A DNA stretch of 64,000 nucleotides from positions 5,312,001 to 5,376,000 of the forward strand of contig CAWIAD010000002.1 of NCBI GenBank assembly GCA_963833985.1, read 5' to 3'. Below the pieces are notes generated by a model that was not told the origin of the DNA, did no database searches, and saw only the letters and a program-made list of their open reading frames with translations. Origin of the DNA: an uncultured Planctomycetaceae bacterium. Lineage in GTDB: Bacteria > Planctomycetota > Planctomycetia > Isosphaerales > Isosphaeraceae. Both the position numbers and the translations under genes were made by a program. Shown here piece after piece: positions 52,248 through 61,567 of this stretch (position 1 is the first letter of the stretch; each line of letters starts with the position of its first letter).

Positions 52248-53090
52248 TCAGGCTTCGACGAGTCGCTGAAGCTCGCGCCACTCCGGGACCCAGTCGCCGA
52301 TGTCATCCGTCATTCGTTCAATACCGATCAAAACCCTCTCGAGGAAAACCTGGGCACTGGGGAAACCAAGCTCCCTGAGTTTGGCGTCAATCGACAGCAA
52401 TAGATCCTTTCCAGAAAATGCGTAGAGAAACGAAGCGTGGCGCGCGCCTCCTTGTAGGAACTCAGGGAGGAACGACGTGAACTTTTGCTCAACGTCGTCA
52501 CAGTCTATGGTCTGAGATTTTGCATGTCTGTCTACAGTCAGCCGGAGACCGGTCCTGCAACTTGGCTCATCGAGAGAATCCGGGAATGGGTGCCTCTGTC
52601 TTCCGCGTGCCTTGCCGAAGCACGAGGGTAGATCGACAAATCTGACCCGGCTTGAGGCGGGTGTCGTGCGGGCGGCCTGGTACGGACCAAGCCGATCTCG
52701 GGCTTCCTCGAGCATGGTCCTGTAGAGATTGCCTGCCGGCGCCGCATCGCTGCCCAGCAGGCTCAAAGCCGGGATGACCACATCCGGATCCAGAAGATAA
52801 TTCTCGATTTCCTTCCTCTCCCAGCGCCACCCGAAGTGAATTCGCCCGTCTGAGTTGGTCCACGCTCTGGGGTGGTCCGTCGGCTGCTGCCACGGTTCGA
52901 CGAAGTCCCCGTCGAGCAGCCCAAAGACGGTCTGCCGGCCCAGCGCTTCGCGGCGGGCAATGACCTTGCTGCCCATGCTGTACTTTCCACCCTGGGGCAG
53001 AACCAGGCATCGGCCGGCGAGCAGCTTCGTGAACACTCGCACATCCGGGCTGTTCGGACCTCCCTCACAGAGAAGCAAGTCTACAGGCAC
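52248..53090 (-). CDS. TOPRIM/DUF4435-like protein (AriB-like)
   Basis: 'LLCEG', 'LLDGDF', 'WERKEIENYLL', 'SGKDLL'. Start overlaps the ATPase stop. Confidence 0.65.
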   Translation of the reverse strand: MPVDLLLCEGGPNSPDVRVFTKLLAGRCLVLPQGGKYSMGSKVIARREALGRQTVFGLLDGDFVEPWQQPTDHPRAWTNSDGRIHFGWRWERKEIENYLLDPDVVIPALSLLGSDAAPAGNLYRTMLEEARDRLGPYQAARTTPASSRVRFVDLPSCFGKARGRQRHPFPDSLDEPSCRTGLRLTVDRHAKSQTIDCDDVEQKFTSFLPEFLQGGARHASFLYAFSGKDLLLSIDAKLRELGFPSAQVFLERVLIGIERMTDDIGDWVPEWRELQRLVEA

Positions 53091-54175
53091 AGTCGTCCTC
53101 CCGGCAGCCTGTAGATCTGCTCCCTGCTGAAGACGCTACTGATGGCTTCCGAGTGAGTCGTCAAGATGAACTGGGAGCAAGGCGCCAGGGCGGGCAAGGC
53201 CGACAGCAACGCTTGGGCCAGGGGAGGATGAAGATTCAAATCAAGCTCGTCGATCAGCACAACCGAATGACGGATTTGCTGCCGAACGAATTCGTACAGC
53301 AAGGGCAAGACTGCCTGTTCGCCCGCGGACATCTCCTCGATATCGTATGACCGATTCCCATCCTCGATGATGAAGTAGTAATCCTCCGGGGAGGGCACTC
53401 CACCACGGTACATGGGCTCGGGCATGCCGAAGGATCGCCCAGGGAAGACACGCTTGAAGCTGCGCTGAAGCTCGTCCAGGAAATCCACCTTGCCAGGTCC
53501 CCTGGAGAGCCGGTTCAGCTGCCACCGGTTGAGATGCTCGCGCAGACGCGCGACTCCCACCTGATAGCTTGGCCGTTCAGGGCCTTCCCGACCGCCGTTC
53601 CCTTCGCTCATGCTGGGAGGCGTTGCGAGGTTTCGGAACTGGTCAAACCAGAAGACTCCCGGCAGACGCCCGAACAGGTCTCGGGCAGCCGGATCGGTCT
53701 CCAGAAGCTGTGCGGCATACCAGCGACCCCGGAACTGGTAGAGTTCCGCCTGTGAACGAGCCGAGCAATGCTCGCCCTCGAGCCTGATCGTAACGACCCG
53801 GGAGTCACCCGGTTCAACGTAGACCAAATGCCTTTCAACTGTGGAGCGTGAACGGAACCAGCGGTCGGCCGCCTCCCGGGTGGCGTCGATCTCTTCCTGA
53901 GAAAAGTGCACTTCCAGTTCCACGGCGGGTCTGCCCCACCGCTCATAACGGCCGGAAACCCATCCGAGCCAGTGAAAGTCTTTGACACTTCTTGTGCGCC
54001 AGGATGCCAGCGACAGGCACAAGGCGATCGCTTGCAGAACCGTGGTCTTCCCCGTTCCATTATCGCCCAGCAGCAGGAACTGGTCCGCGATATCCTGGGT
54101 CAACGAATTCCGCAGCTCGATGTCCAGCGTCTCGAATCGCTTGAAATTCTCCAGGTGAATGGACGCAACTCTCAT
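53081..54175 (-). CDS. ABC/AAA_21-type ATPase (AriA-like)
   Basis: 'LENFKRF', GDNGTGKT, MSAGEQ, 'LIDELDLNLHP', 'ILTTHS'. Confidence 0.85.
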   Translation of the reverse strand: MRVASIHLENFKRFETLDIELRNSLTQDIADQFLLLGDNGTGKTTVLQAIALCLSLASWRTRSVKDFHWLGWVSGRYERWGRPAVELEVHFSQEEIDATREAADRWFRSRSTVERHLVYVEPGDSRVVTIRLEGEHCSARSQAELYQFRGRWYAAQLLETDPAARDLFGRLPGVFWFDQFRNLATPPSMSEGNGGREGPERPSYQVGVARLREHLNRWQLNRLSRGPGKVDFLDELQRSFKRVFPGRSFGMPEPMYRGGVPSPEDYYFIIEDGNRSYDIEEMSAGEQAVLPLLYEFVRQQIRHSVVLIDELDLNLHPPLAQALLSALPALAPCSQFILTTHSEAISSVFSREQIYRLPGGRLCL

Positions 54176-54498
54176 GGAGGTTCTCCGTGCATGAACGGTT
54201 GCTTCACCGTGAGGCGTGGAGAGTGAAATGTCGAGAGACACCTTGCTCGCCTCCCGGGCGAGCAGCCAGACACCCTTGCGGCTCATCGGCCAGCGCGACG
54301 CAACTCGGGCCGGCCTAATGCTCGGTCGGTTCCTGATGGGTCTGCATTCTACCCGGAATGCGTGCCGGCGGCATCATGCCCATAGACCCTGGTGGTGAGC
54401 GGTTTTCCGGCCGTTCTCGTTGAGTTGCCGTTCTCGAAAATCCTCTCCTCCGTTACGATCCGCGTCATCGGAGGTATTCCAGCAGGCCAGGGAAGGAC

Positions 54499-56109
54499 TT
54501 GCCGCACATGGAAGGACCACAAGGCGGAGTGCGCACACCCGAACCAGCGGTGCTGGGTGGCGGATCCACGTCCATTCGGCGCGATCTCGGGACGGCGGAA
54601 CGGCGTTCCTCACCGCGGCTCTGGAGCTGGCTGGTCGGACTGTTCCTGGTGCTCGCCGTGGTCTTCTCAGCCATCCCGCTGGGCATCGACCTGCTCGAAA
54701 AGCCGAACAAGGATTACAGCCTCTGGTACCAGGTGGGCGCCTTGCTGCGCCAGGGGATGGACCTGTATCCCGATCCCTCCACCGGCCGGCTCTTCCCGTT
54801 CATGTACCCGCCCTCGGCCGCGGCCATGCTGGGCTACTTGAGCGTGCTGGGCAAGCACGGCACAACGCTGGTGCTGGTGCTGGCGCACTCGGCGGCCTGG
54901 GCCGGGGCGATCGTGCTTTCCGTCTGGCTGGCGACGGGCGGCAAGGTGGGTATCCACACGCTGCGGCAGCGCCCGCTGCTGGCGGCGGCGCCCTCGCTCG
55001 CCATCGTCGCCCTGGTGCACAACACCTATCTGCTGGGCCAGCCGAACCTCGGGCTCCTGACGCTCTTGCTGCTGGCGTTCGCCTACCTCCGCCAGCGCCG
55101 TGAGATCACCGCGGGCGTGCTGGTGGCCACGGCGGCGGCCATCAAGGCGTTTCCCATCCTGGCGCTCGGTTACTTCGTCTACCGCCGCATGTGGCGGGCG
55201 TCGGCCGCCACCGTGCTGGCACTCGTGGCCTGGCTGCTCGTCGCCCCCTTGCCCTTCCGCACGCCCGCCCAGGCCCTCGCCGACGTGACCACCTGGTCGC
55301 AGGGGATGCTCTTCACTTACAACAGCAAAGGCATTGCACAGCGGCCCTACCGGTCGTTCTCGTACAAGAACCAGTCCATCATGGCCCTGGCGCACCGGCT
55401 GCTGCGGGATGTTCCCGCCGACGGCGAGAAGGTGCTCACCGAGCACGTCGCCGCGCGGCTGCGGGGCCGGTCGATCCGGGGGATGACCGCCGATGGCTCC
55501 ATTGACCTGGCCGCCATGCTCACCGCACCGCCTGATACCCCCCGCTGGAACGAGAACTACGAGGGCGTCGACGCCGCGCTGCGGAAGGCCTGGCGGGTGA
55601 ACGTCCTGTCGCTCAACTTCCGCGCGGTCACGGCCGTCACGCTGGCCGCGATGCTGGCGCTTGCGCTGTTCGTCGCCAGCATGCTCCCCGCGCGGAAGCA
55701 GCGCACGGCCGACACGGACGCCATCGAGTTCGCCCTTGTCACGCTGCTCATCGTGATGTTCTCTCCGCTCTCATTCAACTACGCCTTCGTGTGGCTGATC
55801 TACCCGCTCACCGTGGCCCTGAACGTCGTGCGCGAAAGCCCCGCGAAAGCCCGCTGGCGGAACCTGGAGCGCACCTGGGTGGCCCTGGTCTTCGGCATCC
55901 CCGCCACGGCGATCGCCTTCCCGCTGTACGCTCAAGCCTACGGCAACCTCTTCGTCCCGGCCCTGCTGCTGGTCATCGGCCTGGGTGTGAAGCTGCACGC
56001 GCTGCGATCGGCCGGCTGGCCCACCTCTTTGCCAGCAGCTTCTGCCCCGCTTCAGTCTATAGCATCCAGGCATTCCATCACTACCAACTGCTCATTTAGC
56101 AGTTATTAG
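54499..56109 (+). CDS. Glycosyltransferase family 87 (DUF2029) membrane protein
   Basis: 'KDYSLWY', 'FMYPP', 'LGQPN', 'AAAIKAFP', 'NQSI'. Confidence 0.8.
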   Translation: MPHMEGPQGGVRTPEPAVLGGGSTSIRRDLGTAERRSSPRLWSWLVGLFLVLAVVFSAIPLGIDLLEKPNKDYSLWYQVGALLRQGMDLYPDPSTGRLFPFMYPPSAAAMLGYLSVLGKHGTTLVLVLAHSAAWAGAIVLSVWLATGGKVGIHTLRQRPLLAAAPSLAIVALVHNTYLLGQPNLGLLTLLLLAFAYLRQRREITAGVLVATAAAIKAFPILALGYFVYRRMWRASAATVLALVAWLLVAPLPFRTPAQALADVTTWSQGMLFTYNSKGIAQRPYRSFSYKNQSIMALAHRLLRDVPADGEKVLTEHVAARLRGRSIRGMTADGSIDLAAMLTAPPDTPRWNENYEGVDAALRKAWRVNVLSLNFRAVTAVTLAAMLALALFVASMLPARKQRTADTDAIEFALVTLLIVMFSPLSFNYAFVWLIYPLTVALNVVRESPAKARWRNLERTWVALVFGIPATAIAFPLYAQAYGNLFVPALLLVIGLGVKLHALRSAGWPTSLPAASAPLQSIASRHSITTNCSFSSY

Positions 56110-56189
56110 CAGTTGATTGGCAGTCGCACCGGCAGGGTCATGCGGATAGGGACATGCTGCCGGCGAGCCTTCCCGGTTTCCCAAAAGCC

Positions 56190-56388
56190 CTCTTCCTGGC
56201 ACACGTTTCCTTTCGCCTCATGCCTTCTCTCTCTTGATCCAGAAATTGGCACGATCGGAATCGTACCCCACGAGGGGAGCGCGGACGGCCCCTCTTCCTG
56301 GCACACGATTCCATTCGTGTCGGGATAAACTCACGGTCAACGAGAAACAGGATCGTCTCAAGATCTTGAGGCATCAAGGAGACACGAT
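56190..56388. repeat. REP-like palindrome cluster; last copy split by the intron
   Basis: GGCACGATCGGAATCGTACC 56248-56267; CACACGATTCCATTCGTGT 56302-56320; half-site GACACGAT 56381-56388. Confidence 0.8.
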
Positions 56389-56931
56389 GTAGAGTCGAGG
56401 TGTGGCGCGGTGGGCTCGAGTCGATGGCTCGGCTGGGCCTCGTTTCCACACCCCGCTCATCAAACTGGACGGGCGGTTTTCCCGCATCCAGCTTTCGGAC
56501 AAGGCTTGTCTCATCGGTTGAGTTCACACGTTCGCTCACGAAACCATCGCGGCTAGGTTCGTTGCAGCTGGTAAAGATGCAACTCCTGGTGCAGGTATCT
56601 GTCAGGGTAGCGTCTGAGCCCCTGACCCGGCACCTTGAACTTCGCACACAACCACTGACGTACCCGGTAGCGGACGTGGTGGTTGACTTGGCGATAGGCT
56701 GGGCTCACCGTTCCGATGCGAAAATAGTTGGACCAACCGCGTAACTTGCGATTGATCCGACCAATCTGCATCTCGACGTCCTGTCCAGTGGTCTGGCGCG
56801 TCGTCATCGCACTGATCTCGCTGCACAGCCGAATGATCTTCTTCCGCGATGGGCGTGACCCTATGTAGGATCGGCCCGTTCGTCGGTCGTAGTTCCGGCC
56901 GAGGGTATAACCCAGAAAGTCGAACGTCTCC

Positions 56932-58806
56932 TCAGGCAGGTGGCACAGCCGCGTCTTGGTCTCGTTCACCGTTAACTTCAGCCTGGACATCATCTTCCGC
57001 ATCACCGTCATGGCCTCTTCGGCCGTGCCGCGACAGCAGATGACGAAGTCGTCCGCATAGTTGACGATTCGCGCGACCAGACGCCGCTCGTGTCCACCAG
57101 TCTTCCATCCCTTCACAAATCGTCGCATGTAGATGTTGGACAACAATGGTGAGATCACGCCCCCAACAATGTTGCGAACTACGTTGTTGGGGGCCTTTCT
57201 CAAAAGGGGACGGACTGACCCGATACACGATGCGGACCTCCTGCTCGTCGATCTCGACCTTCTTCACCAAGGCCCGAACCACCTCCCGTCGCGTGGCCCA
57301 GTCCGGCTCTTGCAACCCTTGCGAGACGCGACGTGCGAACTCCTCCAACTGACCGATCACCAGTCGCAATTCCGCCTCTTGGGCGGCCTCGCCGATTCGT
57401 TGTCGATGCTCCTCCGCCAATCTCGAGAGGCGCGTCCTTGCCGCCGAGATCCGGGGCTCGAACTCCGATTTGTCGAGCAACCCGTCGCCGTAAGCATCGA
57501 TTAATCGAGAAATCATCTTTTTCACATTATTTATCAATTTGCCGAGATGCTCCACCTCCTGATTCGGCCCGCCCTGGGCACCCTGCAGCCGCCGCTCGTA
57601 CTCCTCCCGGACCCGCTCCGGCTCGGACAGGAGACCTCGTAAGTCCTCCCAGACGGCAGCGTCAAGGATATCGGTGCGGATCTGCTTGTTCCAGCAGAGG
57701 CGCTGCCCGCCGAAACGATAGGCGTCAGAGCCCGTGCAACGGTAGTACGCGTAGCGGACCCTACCCTTGCCCTCGAACGCGGCTCGGCTCGTCGGCTTGC
57801 CGTAGCAGCCGTAGCCGCAGCGCTTGCAGACGACCAGGCCCTGGAGCAGATATCGGCCACCGCCGGGCCGGTCGCGACGGCGTTGCCGGTTCTCTTCAAG
57901 CTGGGCCTGGACAGCCAGGAAGAGGTCTTCGCTCACCAGCCCGGGGACTTCAATGAAGATTTGATCTTCCGAGGATGTATCAACCCGTGAGACCGGTCGC
58001 CGGGAGTGTTCGGGGCGGCCTCGCTGCGGGCGGAGGCGTTGAGGTTTGAACTCACCTGAGCGCGTCTTGCCGAAGGCCGCGGTCCCCTTGTAGGCAGGGT
58101 TCTTGAGGATCAACCAGACCGTCGCGCAATCCCAGGCCGATTTCCCGGTCCGCGTCGGGATACTGTCGCGCCGGAGGCGTCGGCACACCTCGCCGATCGA
58201 GCACCGTTCCTGACCCACCCATTCGAAGATCTTCCGCACGACCCGGGACTCTTCAGCGAGGACCTGATAACGCGCCTCGCCACCTCCCTCGTGCTTGCCG
58301 ATGTAACGGTAGCCGTACGGCGCGCCGCTGAGGACGTTGACCGAACCGCGGCGGGCGGCGTGTTGCTTGCCCCTGCGGCAACGCTCCATGATCTTGGCGC
58401 GCTCGTATTCCGCGATCATTCCCTGGACCTGAAGCAGCAGGTCGGCTTCCGGACTGCGGCCGACGGGGTTGCGCAAGAAGACGACCTCGACACCGCACCG
58501 GATAAGTTCCTCAAGGATCAAGACCTGATAGGCATACTTGCGTGAAAGTCGATCCGGATCGAGCATATAGAGGCGGTCGATGGCTCCAGCGGCGGCTTGG
58601 TCCCGAAGTCGCTCGAGTGCCGGTCGGGCCAGGATGTAACCGCTGACGCCGTCGTCCACGAAGTGCAGTTCGGGCTCGCATTCCAAGCCATCAGTGGCGA
58701 TCCGCTGAGTGACCGCCTCGAGCTGGCTGGCGATCGTGTCCTCCTTCTCCTGCTGCTCCCCCGAAACCCGGGCGTAGAGCGCCACGCGGAGATTGTCCGT
58801 GATCAT
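56932..58806 (-). CDS. Large serine recombinase
   Basis: 'YARVS' catalytic motif, 'DDGVSG..RPALERL', 'DRLSR', recombinase domain 'LKNPAYKG', zinc ribbon 'LLQGLVVCKRCG..YYRC', coiled coil. Confidence 0.95.
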   Translation of the reverse strand: MITDNLRVALYARVSGEQQEKEDTIASQLEAVTQRIATDGLECEPELHFVDDGVSGYILARPALERLRDQAAAGAIDRLYMLDPDRLSRKYAYQVLILEELIRCGVEVVFLRNPVGRSPEADLLLQVQGMIAEYERAKIMERCRRGKQHAARRGSVNVLSGAPYGYRYIGKHEGGGEARYQVLAEESRVVRKIFEWVGQERCSIGEVCRRLRRDSIPTRTGKSAWDCATVWLILKNPAYKGTAAFGKTRSGEFKPQRLRPQRGRPEHSRRPVSRVDTSSEDQIFIEVPGLVSEDLFLAVQAQLEENRQRRRDRPGGGRYLLQGLVVCKRCGYGCYGKPTSRAAFEGKGRVRYAYYRCTGSDAYRFGGQRLCWNKQIRTDILDAAVWEDLRGLLSEPERVREEYERRLQGAQGGPNQEVEHLGKLINNVKKMISRLIDAYGDGLLDKSEFEPRISAARTRLSRLAEEHRQRIGEAAQEAELRLVIGQLEEFARRVSQGLQEPDWATRREVVRALVKKVEIDEQEVRIVYRVSPSPFEKGPQQRSSQHCWGRDLTIVVQHLHATICEGMEDWWTRAASGRANRQLCGRLRHLLSRHGRRGHDGDAEDDVQAEVNGERDQDAAVPPA

Positions 58807-59171
58807 GGTTTGTCAAACCCCCCCGACCTTGGACTGGATAGTGTGGACCACAGTCGCGTGGTTGCGGCTGGGTCGCGGCCGATCCAGGCGCTGCGAAACG
58901 ACCGGGATCAAGACCTGATATGCACGCGCGATCAATTGCTCCTGAAGCCGAGTGAACTCGAAGTGGCGGGTGACAGGAGGACTGAACGTGGGCCTCCGTG
59001 GGGACGTGATCATGTCGACTCCTCCTCTCCGAGAGCGCGGCCGCCAGCCTGCCTTGGATCGGGATCGAGTCGGGGCTGCCATCCGTGCCCGTACTTCGGT
59101 CGAAGCCGCGATCTGGAAATGACAGAGTCAGGAATCAGGGACGATTTTGCAACATTGTTGGGGGCGTGATC
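57153..59171 (-). mobile_element. 2.0 kb large-serine-recombinase mini-element with perfect 23 bp terminal inverted repeats
   Basis: GATCACGCCCCCAACAATGTTGC (57153-57175) and GCAACATTGTTGGGGGCGTGATC (59149-59171). Removal leaving one GATC restores the RT frame. Confidence 0.9.
58813..59013 (-). CDS. Small (66 aa) accessory protein of the recombinase element
   Basis: Strong RBS GGAGAGGAGGAG before ATG 59013; ends 6 nt upstream of the recombinase start. Confidence 0.6.
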   Translation of the reverse strand: MITSPRRPTFSPPVTRHFEFTRLQEQLIARAYQVLIPVVSQRLDRPRPSRNHATVVHTIQSKVGGV

Positions 59172-60426
59172 GGTGCACCTTGCGGTGTACCCATCCCCTG
59201 GTCTTTATTCCGGGTCGTTCGATGGCGCTGCCCCTTCCCGTCGGTTTCTTCCACCGGTGTTTCCAGCCACATCTTGATCAGCCGCAGGACGCGACCGTCG
59301 CTGATGCGCCGTGACGCCGATTTCATTAACTCGGAATGGGGTATGCTATCGAAATATCCAGATAAGTTCGCGTCCACCACCTCGGTGTGCCCCGTCTTGA
59401 GCAGCCGTTCGACTTCGCGGACGGCGTCCAGGGCGCTGCGCTCCGGGCGGTAGGCGTGTTGTTCCGGCTCCAGGTCGGCCTCGAAGATCGGCTCCAAGAC
59501 CAGCACCGCAGCCATCTGCACCACACGATCCTTGATGCAAGGAATGCCCAGCGGCCTTTGCTTGCCGTCCCCTTTGGGGATGTACACGCGCCGCACCGCC
59601 TGGGGTTGATACGTCTCCTTACGAAGTTGTTCCGCCAGTTCGTCCAGCCATCGTTCCTTCCCGGACGCCTCGATGTCGGCGAAACTCTGGCCGTCGATCC
59701 CCGGCGCGCCGCCGTTGGCACGGCAGCGTTCGTAGGCGAATCCCAGAACGTCACGTCGATAAATCTTGTCGTACAGGACGTAGAACCGATAGTTGGGCGC
59801 GTTCTTCGCTTTGGTGTGCAACGCCGTCTGCAACTTCCCGACCTTCAGTGGAGGTGATAGACTCACGCCAATCTCCCGGCTGTCTGCCGCTTGTTGCGTT
59901 GACCTTGAACCAAGGCCCCTTCCCTCGACCGGAGTTACCCGGCGTCGACGGTACTACGGGCCTCTCCGCCACCCCAGGCAGCCCGGCCGGTCCCTCGCGG
60001 GCGTCCGGTTGAGGGTCACGCGCCCTCACCGCTTGGGGTTTCCCGTGTTGTGTTGATCTCCGTGTGCCGACATGCCGTCGTCAATACCCCGGTGGCCCGC
60101 TGGGTTCTGATCGCTCGTGGGGCGGCCTATTCCAACCGTTTCCCTTTCATCCCCAGCGACGGCGGCCTTCCCCATATTCCAGCAAGGTCGGCGACCACAT
60201 TGGACTTTTCGAGGCCTGCTCAACGTTCACTCGCGTTACGGCCTGTCGGTTCGCTGCATCGCCAAGCGACACATCTGTCTCGAAGGCTCCGACGGTTTCG
60301 TCTCCTCCACCGCCGCTCCGATAGCTACCGGCTGGAGCGACCCAGTTGCCGGGTGGGAGTTACACCCACTGAAGACCAACACCTTTCCACGGCGCACCGG
60401 AATCGTGTCCCACGAGGGAAAAACCC

Positions 60427-61450
60427 TCAGCCCTTCGCCGCCATGGCGCTGATGCGCACCACGCCGTCGTGGTGGGCCGTGGCGAGGTGGATGCCGTCCG
60501 GGTGAAGATCCAGCGCACGGGCGCTGGTGGGGAGCGCGAACTTGAAGAACTCGCTCTCCTGGTCGGGCCGCGTGAAGAACAGGAACCCGCCGCTGGTCCC
60601 GCCGACCACGCTGATGAGGAAGCCCTCGGGATGGAAGCGCACACCCCAGGACACGCCCTTGATGTCCTCTTTGGGATGGGAGAGCGCCTTGAACGCGCCG
60701 GTCTTCCAGTCGAAGACCAGTACCGCCGGCGTGCTCACCGCGCCCAGCGGGTTGCTGGCGTTGATCAACCCGGCGCAGGCCAGGTAGGCACCATCGCGTG
60801 AGAAGCTGAGGTCGCGCACGCCGCCGTAATCGACCCCCTGCCCTCCCTCGTAGAGATGCAGCCGGGCCGCGTCAAGCCGGCGCGCTTCCTTGCCGGTGCG
60901 CACGTCCCACTGGATCACCAGCCCCATGAGGTCGGCCGAGATCAAAAACTTGCCGTCGGCCGTGTAGCTCACCTGGTAGACCGGCCGGGCATGGCCGGGC
61001 AGCTCCATCTCAAGCGTGCCGTCCGCGAGCGACCAGAGCTTGACCCGGCCATCGTTCCCGCAACTGGCGGCCTGCTTCCCGTCCGGGCGAATAGCCAGCG
61101 CCGCGCACCCAGCCGTGATGTGCCATGATCGTGCGCAGGGGTTTCGGGGCGGCGGCCGCTCTCGCATCCGCACCCGCATCCGGCCACCAGATCAGCCGGC
61201 CGTCGGTCCCGCCGCTCAGGAGCGTCTTGCCGTCGGGAGTCACGGCCAGGGCGAACACCCAGCCGTCATGCGCGGCGAAGCTCACGGGCCTGGCCCTGGC
61301 AGGATCGGCACTCCAGTCCCAGCGCACGACCGTATCGTCCTCGGAGCCGGCGAAGAGGTAGCGGCCCGTGGGATCGAACCGGCACGACACCAGCGGCTTG
61401 CCGTGCTTCAGGTCCTGCACGACGCGCGTTTTCTCAGGAGTTGCACCCAT
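60427..61450 (-). CDS. WD40 repeat protein (frameshift near 61100)
   Basis: 'HDGWVFALAVTPDGKTLLSGGTDGRLIWW', 'GHARPVYQVSYTADG'. Confidence 0.85.
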
Positions 61451-61470
61451 GGTCTGGTCCGCTCCCTCCC

Positions 61471-61538
61471 ATCTGATCTGACCCGATCTGATCTGATCTG
61501 ATCTGATCTGATCTGATCTGATCTGATCTGATCTGATC
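61471..61538. repeat. (ATCTG)n pentanucleotide tandem repeat
   Basis: Two copies at 61471-61480, then ten perfect copies at 61486-61535. Confidence 0.95.
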
Positions 61539-61567
61539 CGCTCCGCTGCCGTTGCCAGGCCGCTCGC

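Larger units (their letters stand above)
56553..59866 (-). pseudogene. ltrA: Group II intron reverse transcriptase/maturase, interrupted by the recombinase element
   Basis: N-terminal half (59866 to ~59169) ends GTPQGAPI. C-terminal half (57152 to 56553) starts SPLLSNIY and contains YADD and domain X 'LRGWSNYF'. Confidence 0.9.
56389..60397 (-). mobile_element. Group II intron (no endonuclease domain) carrying a nested element
   Basis: 5' GTGCG at 60397; domain V/VI 'GAAAGCTGGATGCGGGAAAACCGCCCGTCCAGTTTGATGAGCGGGG...CTCGACTCTAC' ending at 56389. The flanks rejoin into a perfect palindrome. Confidence 0.9.

Noticed and set aside
56932..58806. Serine recombinase as the integrase of the phage-like cluster
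   Set aside because: It lies about 18 kb away, beyond host genes, and is enclosed by its own ends inside the intron.
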